From Massalongia carnosa (Eukaryota), in NCBI GenBank assembly GCA_965645245.1, contig OZ287068.1:1364001-1428000 (forward strand): DNA of 64,000 nucleotides, written 5' to 3'. Below the pieces are notes generated by a model. That model saw only the letters and a list, made by a program, of their open reading frames with translations. It had not been told where the DNA came from and did not search any database. Made by a program: the position numbers and the translations under genes. This document shows, piece after piece, positions 1-12,901 of the stretch (the stretch's first letter is position 1; each line of letters opens with the position of its first letter).

Positions 1-1721
1 TTTCTCATAGCGCTGGGAGTTGGTCGATCACATTGCAGCAACCCTTTTGCGGGAGGGGCAACCTCGACTTTAAGGTCGACTGGTTGCAAATTTGCAAACC
101 ACAAACATCACCCACCGATAAATACGCTGTACAAGTTACACATCGAAACCGGGGCCTTGTATTATTCGCCACAAGGACTTGATGTGTATGCAGTGCTTAA
201 TGAGCAGGTTCTTGGGTGGATGAGAGAAATCCTAAAGACAGACACTAGTGATGATGGGATCTCATACTTACCGGCCGAAGGGTGGCGGGACCCAATAGTT
301 CATTCAGATAAGGGAACTCGTGCCTCGATAGGAAAACTTCCCAGAAAAGCCGGATTTGGGTTTTAGGCTCTTCTCTTTCCACTTTTAAACTGATAAATCC
401 TTGTCACTTACGAGAACACGTTTTTTGTTCAAGCTCAACCAAAACGTCTAGCATTTTACGGTTCCTTGTGCCTCAGAGCCTTTCGCAAGCTGCATATAAC
501 GTATGCATCGCATTCCGCCTACTCTTAACAGTCGAATTTTCGCTGAAATGCTCATTCCTCCATCATCATCCCAGATATTTAATTGGCTCCAATTCGGAGC
601 CAGACGGCTGAATTCTAAAGACATATAATAGGAATAGATCGTCAGAGGGAAGTCCACTTTCTTATACTTTTTAGCTTTATACTTGATATCTGCCTCATAC
701 ACAAATCGCCAATCCAAACGCGGTATCAGTTAAGAGGTCTGTCAGAAAAATACAATTTGATCTTTTGGGTGGTAACGGTGTAGAATCTTCGTCGTATCAA
801 CATAGCTCTCAAGGAATCAAACGTTCTTTTTAGCCAAAAACAAACGCCGATCTTTCTAAGATCAAAACCTGTGTTACGATTAACAGCTTTGAGTGATGGA
901 TAGACTTCGACAGGAATTTTATCTGAATAAGAGACTTTCCTGGTCGCTCTGGATAAGTTCGGAATGATAAGCACTAACTGGGGAAGTTTTCCTTGTAGTT
1001 ACATCGAAGGCAATCATCGGATCCTTTGAAAAGTCCATGGTGTTCTAGGATACATCCTTGAGGAACTTGAAGGATACGGGTCCGCTGCGGCATTGAAGAA
1101 CCAATTCACGGGCGCCAACCTATGGTTTTCCGCAGTCCAGTCAATACACAAACTTCGCAGCCGTAAATAGAGACTCGAAATAAAATAAGAACCTATCTTG
1201 AGGCGGACGTTTTAGCTTGATGATGCTATTATGGCGAGAATAAAGGATGGAGGATGGAGGATGAAGAAATTGAAGAAGGGTGACGAGGAGGGTGAAGCGA
1301 TAGTAGGATCCATTGGCGAAACTATTGATGAGTGATTTGGCGCGGAGAGTATATTTCGAGCAAATCGTGGATCTAAAGGAAACTGGCGGGATGCCTAAAC
1401 GATGTTCGAGGAAGCTTCCCGTGAATCTGATAGGGAAACTCAACCGAGTTGAAACAGCCGACTGAACAGAATGCTGAATGGCTATCGGGCTGTCGGATGA
1501 TGCCGTTCTCGCAACCTGAGATATGGCTTAGCATCTAACTTCTTTGATGTTTCAAAGTGGAAAGAGGCTTGAAGACCCTTGGGGGAAAAGGCCTGGCCTA
1601 ACAACTCTCAAGGAAGCAGATTTAGCAAGCCAGCAATATCATCACCTATACCTACATTTCACACTCCAGAACCTAGAGAATCTGATCCAAATATGGAGGA
1701 ATTTCCCTGGCTCAAACATAC

Positions 1722-2453
1722 CTATGGGTTTCCCAACCCGGTCCGAGAACTCATGCTCTCACTCTCACTCCAAATCTCCCGACTCTCCCTCTCCACCTTC
1801 CCCATCGCCCCCGCCACCTCCTCCAACTTCCCCACCACATCCTGCACCTCTTCCCTCACCTTTGTAAAGAACTTCTCGTTCACCTCCCTCCTCTTCCTCG
1901 CCGCCAGAAAATCTTCCTCATCCCCTTCTCCTCCGTCCTCCCGGACCCCATCCCTAATGTGACTTCTCTCCTCCTCCTCCTCCTCCTCCTCCTCCTCCTC
2001 CTCCTCCTCACAATCATCCTTTTCACCCCCAATGCCCCTCGCCCAAGCCTGCGCCAGCGCAATCTGCGCCGTCCTTAGCTCCTCCAACGCTTGCGTGTGA
2101 GCGGCTCCAAAAACATGTGTACTACTAAACGCCGAGTCCTTGACGTCGGCGAGCGTGGCTTGCATTTCGGCCCACCTAGCCTCGATACGGTCGCCTTCGG
2201 TCTGGGTGGCCGAGGCTTGTTGGGGGCGCGCGCTGCTTCGGAGTGGGGCGGAGGAGGAAGGGTCTGCGGGGCGGGTGGAGCGGGAGCGGAGGAGAGGATC
2301 GCCGGGAAGGTTGGTGGAGGAGTTCGGGTTTGTAGGTAAGGAGATAGGAGGGAGAGAAATGGTGGATGCGTTGTGAGAAGAAGGACCGAGGAACAGTGAG
2401 GGGGGTGGTGCGCGTTGAGGGTGGGTTTTGGAGGGTGGAGAGAGAGTTGCCAT
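1722..2453 (-). CDS. Conserved-looking fungal hypothetical protein (243 aa; Pro/Ser-rich N-terminus, poly-Glu tract, coiled-coil C-terminus)
   Basis: Intact single ORF with ATG; helical block WAEMQATLADV...HVFGAAHTQALEELRTAQIALAQAWA; divergent from RPS23. Confidence 0.75.
   Translation of the reverse strand: MATLSPPSKTHPQRAPPPSLFLGPSSHNASTISLPPISLPTNPNSSTNLPGDPLLRSRSTRPADPSSSAPLRSSARPQQASATQTEGDRIEARWAEMQATLADVKDSAFSSTHVFGAAHTQALEELRTAQIALAQAWARGIGGEKDDCEEEEEEEEEEEEEERSHIRDGVREDGGEGDEEDFLAARKRREVNEKFFTKVREEVQDVVGKLEEVAGAMGKVERESREIWSESESMSSRTGLGNP
1970..2008. repeat. (TCC)n/(GAG)n microsatellite encoding poly-Glu
   Basis: Direct trinucleotide run within ORF 1722-2453. Confidence 0.9.
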
Positions 2454-2836
2454 TATTGTGAGATATATTGGGATAAACCGGAGGATTGACTCTACCTATT
2501 AATAAGATGAGGCTTCAATATGATCTCCATGTTGTCTTGACAGAAGAAGGTAGGTAGCGAAGTAACTGTCGCCATACAGCCGTAGAGCCGAAAAAAGCGC
2601 TAAGGGCTTTCGGATGCACCCACACTCGCTTAACTCCAAAACCTCAACCTCGACCTACAAATCCACCCATCGAACCGCCTCATCAGATCACAATACCTTA
2701 CCTCAACCCCCTAGGTAAGTCTTCCACCTCTCCACCATCTTTCATTTAGCTTCCTTCCCCCCCCCCTCCCAGAGAAAAAAAAAACCCAATGTAATAACCC
2801 ACTGCGCCTTCCCCGCACAGCAACAAAAAACTCGCC

Positions 2837-3397
2837 ATGGGTAAAGGAAAACCCCGCGGCCTCAACGCCGCTCGCAAACTCCGCACCCATCGCCGCGAAG
2901 GCCGCTGGGCTGATCTCCACTACAAGAAGCGCCTCCTAGGAACCGCGTACAAATCGTCGCCCTTTGGCGGGTCCTCGCACGCGAAGGGCATCGTGCTAGA
3001 GAAGGTCGGTGTGGAGGCTAAGCAGCCCAATAGTGCCATTCGGAAGTGCGTGAGAGTGCAGTTGATTAAGAATGGGAAGAAAGTGACTGCGTTTGGTGGG
3101 TTTCCTCTTTGATATGTTTTGTTTTTCACGAAGTTTTATCCCCCATTACGATGTTGAGGGGAGGGAAAAGGACAGTTGGGTGGGGAAGGGGGCTTTTAGG
3201 GGCTGACTTTATATGTAGTGCCCAATGATGGATGTTTGAATTTCGTGGATGAGAATGACGAGGTGCTGTTGTCTGGGTTCGGACGGAAGGGGAAGGCAAA
3301 GGGTGATATCCCTGGAGTGCGGTTCAAGGTTGTCAAGGTGTCGGGGGTGGGATTGTCGGCGTTATGGAAGGAAAAGAAGGAGAAGCCAAGGTCATAA
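2837..3397 (+). CDS. RPS23: 40S ribosomal protein S23 (uS12); exons 2837-3095 and 3219-3397; probable 5'UTR intron 2715-2820
   Basis: [15 protein letters not shown]...[15 protein letters not shown], spliced to [16 protein letters not shown]...[13 protein letters not shown] intron 3096-3218. Confidence 0.98.
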
Positions 3398-3761
3398 AGA
3401 AGGATAGCGGTTTCTTAAGGGAGGAAGGTGATTTGGTATGGTGCAGCTAGTTTTCTACCTAGGCAGTCCATATGAATCGTGGTATGTTGTGGTCGATAAG
3501 CGCGGTCTTTAGTCAACCTTCGACTCATGCTCACTTCAGGCAACGCCTTTTTGTTAGTTTGGTTGTGATGTCGCTTTGGTAAGCCTTTGAAAGCAGGCTA
3601 CTGAAGAGGCAAAATGGGAAGGATATTAGGATTCCAGGTAGGTAAAACCGATTTAGTGAGTATTAGCTATGATTAGATGCATCATACAGTATTTGATAAC
3701 AAGTTCTGCCTTCATCCCTGTGTGCAAAATCTGTGAAGCCTAAGAATCAACGCAAAATCGC

Positions 3762-5338
3762 TCAAGATTGTGTATCCATCACATCTACGCCTTCATCGTG
3801 TCGTTCAGCATGTCTCCCTCTCGACGGTATTTGCTCATCTTTGCCGTTCTTCGAGTCGGAGCTGTCCTCGTCGCTTTCGGGACTTCCGGCCTGGCTATCG
3901 CGCAGAGAAGTGCGGCTTCGAGTCATCTATAACAAGAGTTAGGGACTTCAAGACAGAATGGTATTACAGAGCTGACCCATGATCTGACGCCACCAATTAG
4001 ACCTAAACTATAACCTGTAGCAAAGTCGCTACTTGGTCCACGCCCGGGACTGTCCGGCCTTGGTATGTCGAGATGTGGTAAATGCGCAAGAGCTGTAGGA
4101 CTCTTGAGGCCTCCATGAGAATCCGCTGGGATTTCGTTCCCACTTCTGCTCAGACTTCGAGCTGGACTACCGGGCCTGCTGCTCTGCCAAAACTGCTTGA
4201 GTTCCTTAGTAAGTTCTTGGCCGGTGGTTGACCAGTTATTACGGATGCTCTCCCTTAGTTCCACAACATGGCGCTTAAGGTCTAGCTCATTCTTCTTAAG
4301 CCAAGAAACGTTCAACTCCTGACGAGACGTGCCACGCTTGAATTGCCGAGTAATATATTGCTCATAATCTCTGACAATTCTAAAACATAGTTATTAGAAA
4401 TAATGATCATAGAAATTTTACTAAAAGCTGACTCACTTGGTAATGATACCTGTCGTGCTAACACCCTCTGTTCTTTGAGTCACTAAGAATTTACCTTCTT
4501 TCTTGATAGGAGTATATATGTCATCTCCCTCTTCAGCGCCGTATGGAAGATCATCATGGGCCACGTAGTCGATCTTGTGCTTTTCCAGGAACTCAGGGGT
4601 CACTATCCAAGGACAATTCGGAATAACTTCATCGACCCACTTGCAGTGTCGTACAGTCTCTGCTCGTTCGGCACCACTCAAGACCGTCAATCCCTTACGT
4701 TTGTGCGTTTCGGCGTCTCCAGTTACACCCACGAGTAGGTACACCTCTGGAAAGGCATTCTTTGCCTGCTCCAATTGACGCATATGCCTAGTCCGTGCTA
4801 TAAGCATACACCCTTCTCAGTGAGATGTATGAGCATACCCAAGATGAAAGAGATCAAAAACTCCATCGGCATAAATCCGTACTGCACGACCTGTGGGTGG
4901 AGGGTTGGTGTGATAATCAACTGGATCTTGCAGACCTCCTTTGGCCGGAGGTGGCATAACCTGAGTGTCATCCATGTTGCCATCAGGTAGTTCTTTGTTG
5001 GTTACGTTCTTGATCCTGCGTTTCGAGCGAGTGGTACTTTCCGCATTCGTCCCTTGCTCTTCCTCATGATCACCTAAGCCATTAGCCGTAGATGTTTCGG
5101 TTGTCGCATTGGATCTTGTTCTAGGCCTTTTGGTGGGTGGATTTCCCGAGTCTATGGATGCATGAGTTTTCCTGTGCTTATTATTTGTGATGGTTTGAGG
5201 TGCCGAGTCTGCTGCATCTTCACCCGAGGCATCCCGTGAGGACGGCTGAAGGAGATCTGCTGTGGAAGATTTCTTAATTGAGTTTTGCAAGGAGGTTCGT
5301 TTTCGCTTTCCCGAACCTGACGATGACGGTGAAGACAT
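3762..5338 (-). CDS. PCT1: Choline-phosphate cytidylyltransferase, multi-exon
   Basis: [16 protein letters not shown] (HxGH split by an intron), [26 protein letters not shown] motifs; ATG at 5338, last exon ends MDTQS*. Confidence 0.95.
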
Positions 5339-5698
5339 AATGGCTCGACGATGTTTTGTTGGAAACGTGATGTTGAGCAAAAGGTCGAAAGCTTGGTGGA
5401 TTGCAGTCCCGCCAGGATAATTTTCTGAACGCAAGATGACAGAATTTCTGCCAAGTCTATCCTAGAAAAGGGGAGCGCCGCCTTATGGGCACGTGCTGAG
5501 ATGGCATTGCTTCGTACAGTTAGGGGATTTGAACTATTACCATTCCACCATAAACTCTGAACACTTGGGGGCGCATCATAGTTATTTATCTATTGTTTTC
5601 TTGCTTCAAGACTATATACTCTTAAAATTAGGCCTATATTAGGTAATAACATACATCTCTTAAGAAGTGTGTCGGGTACTCGATAGCGGATTTACCCC

Positions 5699-5954
5699 CA
5701 CGCGGGTGGCAAAAAAAATGATAACGTGTAGAAATAAATGTACGTTTAGGTTTTCTGATTTGATAAGTGAAAGTGCAGATTCGATGTTCTAAAGTAAAAC
5801 CATATCTTATTCAATGATGTTGTTTTCATGATGATTTTTTCATGTGATTTTATTGTGGTTTAATATGATTTAATCATGTGTAGTTAAAGGGGTGACGCGA
5901 ACAAGATTTTGGTGTGGTTTTCGCTTGCACGTTGTCATTTTTGTCACCCGCGTG
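5699..5954. mobile_element. 256-bp MITE with ~30-bp imperfect TIRs (CAC...GTG) and 5-bp TSD ACCCC; Transib-like signature
   Basis: Left end CACGCGGGTGGCAAAAAAAATGATAACGTGTAG; reverse complement of right end CACGCGGGTGACAAAAATGACAACGTGCAAG; ACCCC at 5694-5698 and 5955-5959; AT-rich non-coding interior. Confidence 0.85.
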
Positions 5955-6280
5955 ACCCCCTAGGAAAACATATGGAACCTCAGACACCTGCGATTAAATA
6001 TGCTCAGACTAATTTAGATGTAAAGGTTATGTAAAATTCCATCAGAAGTTAACCTAAATGCATTGCTTAGCTTCACTTTTTAAACAGAATATACGGCAAA
6101 TTTTCCTGTATAGCAGAGGTTTCCATCCAATCTATTCTAATAGAATTCGAAGGCCAAGAATAGATCATTTACGAACAGATCCCTTGAGGAATACCAGGCC
6201 TACGCTCGAACTAGAACTCGCTGCAGGATACATTGCGCAAAACACCGGAAAACCACTTAAAGTAACAACTCGAAAAGAGC

Positions 6281-6855
6281 TCAGATCATCAGTCTCTCCA
6301 CAGTCTCCTTCAATGTCCGGATCTGACCCATTAGATCGCTAGCGTCATTCGTCGTAATGCTTGCCGCGATAACTGCACGACTTACTCCGCACGCTCTTCC
6401 CAATGCTATTTTGCTTGGAACGTAAACGTAGGGCACATTTTTATCTTCGGCGAGCAAGGGGAGGTGGAGAAGGATAGCCAAAGGAGAGGTATCTGGATAG
6501 AAAATCAGCTTTCCGTTTTGGTGATAAAGCCTTTTAATTGTTGTGCTGGAAATATCAAGTGGACATCGTCATACCAGCAGCAAGAATGATTATCTCCGAG
6601 ATGCCGCGGTTCAGGGTTTTGGTGGCTGTTGAGTAAGCTGGTCAGCCATGTACGTCTTGAGAGCGAAGGATTGAAATGATATAACAAACCTTCGTTCGCG
6701 CCCTTTCGGAGCTGGCGATAGTTGGAGGCTTGTTGTACCAGATCCAGGATTGTTTGGGTAAGAGCTTGGTCAGCGATGGGCCAAGCTATTCAGATGTCAA
6801 TTATGTTACTGACAAATGTTTGAGTTTGCTTACCAGCGGAAGTTTGATCGGCCAT
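6281..6855 (-). CDS. SNU13: Snu13/15.5K (L7Ae family) box C/D and U4 snRNP protein, 4 exons
   Basis: MADQTSAAWPIAD...[26 protein letters not shown]...[32 protein letters not shown]. Confidence 0.97.
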
Positions 6856-7891
6856 GACGGTGTTGCTAAAGGGTTCACTGCCTCTTTAATGGCTCGCCCT
6901 TTGCGTAAATGTAGTAGGATGCTCAAAAATCGTAGAGTGGATAAAGAAAACTGCTGTTGAAGGAATCCCCAGAAATTAATGCTTATGTGCTCCCTTGCCT
7001 CTTCGGGTACTTATAGTTATCTCGCTTGGGTCAGTTACAGAATACAGAGCACGGCTAAAAATACCTGTCTGATTTAATACTCAATCAACAGAACTTCAGG
7101 TATAGAGTACCACCTAACTTACTATGAACCTTAGATAAATAGGTAATTTATGACCTACTTCACTCACTCATGCACCCAATGGTTTCCAATGATTGCGACT
7201 GGCATTTAAATCATAGAGCAAGGTACCGCAAGAAGAAACGGGGATTTTATGATGGTAAAGTACCAAACTTTAAAAAACCATCGCAGTCTATGGGCAGCAT
7301 TGACGACTTTAGATCAAAGTTTTTACGTAATTACATCCCTTACGCCTATCAGGATCTTAGATCTATCTACAGAGTACCGCAGCCTCTGTTGCATAATGTG
7401 GATAAGCGACCGTGAATCACACGTTACCTCCCAACGGCTTTGTAGAATCATGGCGATGGATTGCAACGCGTACGCTGTGTTGACGACTAGTAGCATTTGA
7501 AGTTAAACGGGTAGGTACAGTACCGTGCACCCAAGAACCCGGCTCATGTGGAGGATAACAGAGATTGGGGAATCACAGGAAGTGAAAAACGTAATAGCGC
7601 CTCGGAAATGGAACTGACCCTCCAGATGTACAGAACCGGGAGCGTTTCCATCAACGAGCTATATTACTCCTCCAGGAGAGCATTGCTAGTCAAGAACTCG
7701 ATAGGGAGGGGATGATAAGTCTTGAAACGATAGAACTGGAAACGCGTCGTTGATGTTGTTGTCATGAGTCGGTAAAGCATCTTTCGTCTAAAATCCCTGC
7801 ATAGTAATGTCATAGTCTCGTAAATTGTCCTATGACCCACAAGATGGACTCCTATGACGAAGTGTGAGGAAAAAAGGTGCTGCAGGTGTAA

Positions 7892-9728
7892 CTAGTTTCC
7901 TTTAGGTGGATTCGCGAGTTTTGTAGGTAGAGCACTCTCTGGTGTCACTTTAGGATTAGGTGCAGTCGTTTCGTTAGATTCGGATCGCTCAGATGTCGTC
8001 GATGAGGGTGTATCGAAAGGATTTTCCTCCTCAACAGCTTCGGGGGTCTGCTTTTTTACATGGTTTGCCTGTGGTCCTGGCGTTTCTTCACGACGACTTC
8101 TAGCGTCGCCATTATCTGCATTTAACTTGGTTGAGTCTTTGGTGACTTGGCTTTCCAAGTCTTTGTCCTCATCTTCGTGATCAAACATTTCAGTGTCATC
8201 GCTATCGGTTAGGATTTCCGTGCCATCTCCAAGAAGAATGATGCGCCCCGAGCGACCTCCGTTTCCATGAGAGCGTGGAAGGCCAAGGTCGTAATCATCC
8301 CCACTATCCTCAAAACGATGGCGAACCCCCGGACCACGAAACTCCGCTGTTGATTTTGGTCTCAGTATCAATGTTAAGACGTAGATGCAGAGGAAGCTTC
8401 ACCGTATTCCGGCGGAGCACAAGGACCGTCACCGTTTGCCACTCTATCTGCAATATTCTTGTACCATTCATCCATACTCTTGCCTTTCAAAAGAGCAATA
8501 ACAATCATGGTCATATTGTCACATCCAACGCCTCCAGTTTCACTATTCGAAGCCAAGCAGTTGTCCATCATGTTTTCACAAATCTTAGAGAGCCCCTGCT
8601 TTGCGGCAATACCACGTCTCACAAACTCTACAACAGCCTGAGAGGATTGACAATCCCATATGCCTAACAGATCTCAGCACATCCGCGTAATCAAGCTTTA
8701 TGTTAGGTGTATTTACCATCACAAGCGATAACGAGGAATTCATCATCATCAGATATGGTGTGAGTAATAACATCGGGAAATGCTGTCACTATCTGTTGTT
8801 CTGGCGAGAGTTCGGCACTCTTCTTAAATTCAAAGTCGCCTATTGCACGGGACAGTGCGAGGTTGCCGTTGACGCGACCGAAGTCCACAAACCCCCCTGC
8901 GGCATTAATGCGCGCCTTTTCGCCTACACACGATATGAGTCTCAGCTCTGCCATTAAATGGAGTTTTCCTACTTACCCTCGTTTTGGGGCTTATGATCGT
9001 AAGATAGAGGTTTTGCTCTCCCCTTTATGCCAAGCACAGATCGCGAATCGCCCGCATTTGCCTAAAGTGGTTTAGTTTTGTCTCTTGAAATTGAACCCTA
9101 TGAGATTTACCACATAAATCTTAGTTTTCGATATCAGTCCAACGGAGGCGGTACATCCAGACACTTCTTCTTCATATTTAGGATCTGTGGCTGCGATTTA
9201 GCATTGGTTCTCCCAGCAGAGTCTTCCGAGGCTATTAACCATTCAATATCGCTCGATCAGTTGCAAGAAAGCCATCCTTCAGTGCTTGTTCGAAATCACC
9301 TTTCTTGAAGGCCTCTTGCTTTGCTAGAATTTTGTGTATGTTGTCCCCAGCGAACAAAGCCACCTTGTCTCCGCCATGTCCATCATAAACTCCAAAGAAG
9401 CTCAGTCGATCCTCAACAGAAGCAGACTTGAATTCCTTAGATGTATCTTCCACCTGTAAATCTAGAATAGCTGCATGGGCATCTTCCATACTAATCCGCC
9501 ATCCTTGCATTGCAGAAACGCCAAATGCAACTCGATCATCTTGACCCTCGTCAGATATCTGAAAACCATAGTAATTAGCCCTTGCCCCAGTAGCATAATA
9601 TCTGGTTCGCAGATTTAAAAGCTAGAGAATTTTGAAAGTGCATTTAAGAGAACTTTAAAACCCAACAAATGAGATTATAGCCCACAACTAACCTTTTCAA
9701 CTACTGGTTCCGATAAAGTCTGACCCAT
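7892..9728 (-). CDS. PTC2: Protein phosphatase 2C (Ptc2/Ptc3 type), multi-exon
   Basis: [12 protein letters not shown] start, [42 protein letters not shown]. Confidence 0.96.
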
Positions 9729-10934
9729 ATCGGTGGAGGTATGAAAATAATTGCACTATATTTTCACCTATTGCATGTATGAAAACTGAACGTAGTCAAG
9801 TGACACCTCGCTCTAAGGTGCGAAGTCTGCTTGGAATTCCTGCTGACGTTCACGATGTGCAAGAGTACAACAAATCTTTGACGGGATGGTAATTTTGAAC
9901 AGGAGGAGAACGTCAATAGGCTTTATGGGTGCTAAGCAGTCGATTTCTTGTAGACTGAAGTGGCTGTCGCGTGAGTGGAATCGGATGCATAGTTGTCTGC
10001 AAGATCTGCAGTTTAACATGATCGCACAAAGAAGCCTAGATCCGGCCCCGGATTAACCTTTCGGATCTTCTCTCTTTCGTGGGGGATGTTTTGAGGCGTT
10101 GTTGAATAATACATGAGCTAACTTAGTAGGGTTTGATGCGAAGAGCGCGTTTGAGGAACTAAAAAAACATGGGTAGTATTATTCGGGTGAAGCATTTCTC
10201 CCTTTCTATATGGCGTATTCTGTAAGTGGACTACCAAACTCTTTACATCGCTACACAAGCCCGTTGAGGGGGTACGATCAGCAATCCAACCGCTTTGGAC
10301 AGGAGGAGCCTTCAAGCTCATGATGGCAGTCCGTTTTCTGCCTCCAGCTGCTCAACTTTGCAAGTACGTCTCTTCAGCTGCTGTACAAAATCTTTCATCG
10401 ATCTCCCAATAGCCGCGGCACTGTAGTAGTCAAGCCAGCCACCTTTTTGACAACATACTCTACCACACATCAGCTATGCATCCGGCAACGATACCGCCAG
10501 CGTTGAAGGAGTGGAACTTATGTTTGAAGTTCCCGCTTTATACCAGAATCTCTAGATTACTAGAGTGCTCTTCAATAATGCATATGCCCTAGTGATTAAC
10601 TTTATCATGATTCTTCTGGCAAACTAATATAAAACTCATAAACCTCAACGCCCCTGCACATGATTTGTTTACATGTAGGCCCTGTCCGAATTTCTCGTTT
10701 CAATTTCCTATATGAATTCGCTGCTATTGCGAAAATGCATGACATGGCCGCAGAAGCAAATAGCAGAATAATAGAATTGCCTGGTGCCTAATTCAATATT
10801 TATAAGTCTGCGTATATAAGATGCTATTTAAATTATAGGTAAGATCTTGAAACTGAGTTCATGAGCAAATTAACGGTCCAAAGGACAAATGTTGCCCTCA
10901 TTAGGCTCCCCTATTATGCTTTTGATTGAGAAGG

Positions 10935-11112
10935 CACATGCGGATGATAAAAAAACGCAAGGCCTAAATAGCACTCTCGTTGAATGAGTCAATTGTTCAA
11001 TTTTTCACGAATATTGCAGAGCATCGAAAACACATTTTAAAATTCCAAAAATTGAAAAATGCCTACGTATTGAGCGATGCTTTTTTGGTTCGCCTTTTTT
11101 GTCACTAGCGTC
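10935..11112. mobile_element. Degenerate ~178-bp MITE of the same TIR family as 5699-5954; flanked by GAAGG
   Basis: Left (CA)CATGCGGATGATAAAAAAA and reverse-complemented right GACGCTAGTGACAAAAAA resemble CACGCGGGTGACAAAAA; GAAGG at 10930-10934 and 11113-11117; left boundary ambiguous by 2 nt. Confidence 0.55.
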
Positions 11113-11261
11113 GAAGGTTACCTGTGTTTTATTATGTTCATAAAACCAGATTCACAAATATTTACACACGCAATGGGTTTTACCTAGATCCCCTATTTGT
11201 CTTATATTACCCCTAATCACGTGAGTCTCAAGGCCCTGAACATAGAAAAACTCTCAATCCT

Positions 11262-12587
11262 ATGACATATGTAATGACGTTCCTTTTTAAAGAAGCTACA
11301 CGTAAGTCTTTGGCTGCAATCCGTGCACGGAGATTTCTATATATTCGGCGTTATATTTCGCAGAAATCATCTGATCCGTTGCGTATTCTTTTCTGCGGCT
11401 CGGAGGACTTCAGTATTGCTTCTCTCCGAGCACTCCATGATGAATATACAAAGAATCAAGGTCTCATTGCTTCCATTGATGTGGTCTGCAAACGGGCCAA
11501 GCGGATAGGTAGAAACTTGAAGGGAATCAGGGAAGGTTATAAATCTCCGATGAATGGATTGGATTATGCTAAAAGGCCTCAAGTGCCGATATCAGCGGTT
11601 GCAAAGGAATTATCTCTGCCGCTTCATCAAATTGACACCTTTACTGGATGGAATGTGAGTTAAATTAGTAGGTATATTAAACGTGGGTTAGACTGATTGA
11701 TAATAGCCACCAACTCCCATGGGTGAAGACATAAATCTTATTGTGGCTGTTTCATTCGGGCTTTTTGTACCCCCTCGAATTCTTGATAAGGCAAAATATG
11801 GAGGCTTGAATGTCCATCCATCTATGCTACCCGAGTAGGATACCTAACTTCCCTCAACATAATCACTACTCATGCAAATAGCTTTCGAGGTGCTGCACCT
11901 TTACATCACACCCTTCTAGCTGACGAGAAGCGTATTGGTATAACCTTGCAAACCTTGCATCCAAAGGATTTTGATCAAGGCGAAATCCTTGCTCAGACTG
12001 AATGGCCTGGGTTCGAACATTCATGCAGCACCGTCCCACAACTATCGGCTGTCGTGGCCCCTAAAGGGGCAGATATGCTCGTGAAGGGGTTAAGAGATCG
12101 CGTCTATGTTCCTCCAAGGTTGGACCTAGGATCTTGGCAAAATATAAACCCCGCCCGGGCTCTGCGGCCAGCACCGAAAATTACCCCTCAAGATCGTCAT
12201 ATTGATTGGAGAACATGGACAGCAGAAAGGATTTTACGGACACAGCGTGTAATTGGGCCGCTTTGGAATACTGCTCAAGCCTTAATTGAAGGGCAACCTC
12301 ATGGGAGAAGGATGATCTGGGCAGCAGGATTCCAAAAGCTTCAACAGCCGATGAACATATTCCCAAATGCGGGGCATCCAACCATTAGCGGGCTTTTTTC
12401 GAACAGCCAATCTCTTATTATAAGAACTTGCGATGGGCACGTATTGTTAGCTGATGAAGTAAAGATTGAAGGCGAAGCCACTACTCAGGCCTGGCACGCC
12501 GTCAAGCGTGCTGGAATGGTAAATTTATCGGATGACGCCAGCAAGATTCAACACGACTTTGCATTGTTTCATGCTGGACTGGCATAA
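11262..12587 (+). CDS. FMT1: Mitochondrial methionyl-tRNA formyltransferase, multi-exon
   Basis: PLRILFCGSEDFS, VAVSFGLFVPPRIL, GGLNVHPSMLP-FRGAAPLHHTL, QTLHPKDFDQG, APKI; Arg-rich presequence-like N-terminus; start could be 11274. Confidence 0.92.
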
Positions 12588-12740
12588 TGCACCAATAGCT
12601 GTCTTATTTTTTTAGCCAAATATAGCGAAAATCATTCAACTAAGAGGACCAAGGCTAGTTAGCTTTACATTGCTATAGTAATAACTCCACTAACGCCCCA
12701 TTCCTAAGCTACCTAATCATTCTATCAGCTACATGTCAAC

Positions 12741-12901
12741 CAGTCATGGAGATACTTACAGTCGCACCCTTACTATTATTCAACTATGCATTTGTCCGAG
12801 CAATCTTTTTGGTCATTCAGTCATGGAGATACTCACAGTCGCACCCTTACTATTATTCAACTATGCATTTTTCCGAGCAATCTTTTTGGTCATTCAGTCA
12901 T
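12741..12901. repeat. Tandem duplication of a 77-bp unit (2 copies plus 7 bp)
   Basis: CAGTCATGGAGATACT(T/C)ACAGTCGCACC...TTTTTGGTCATT at 12741 and 12818, two mismatches seen. Confidence 0.95.

Noticed and set aside
264..272. ATACTTACC resembling the U1 snRNA 5' end
   Set aside because: Lacks the following TG and recognisable U1 stem-loops or Sm site; equally explained as a minus-strand GTAAGT donor.
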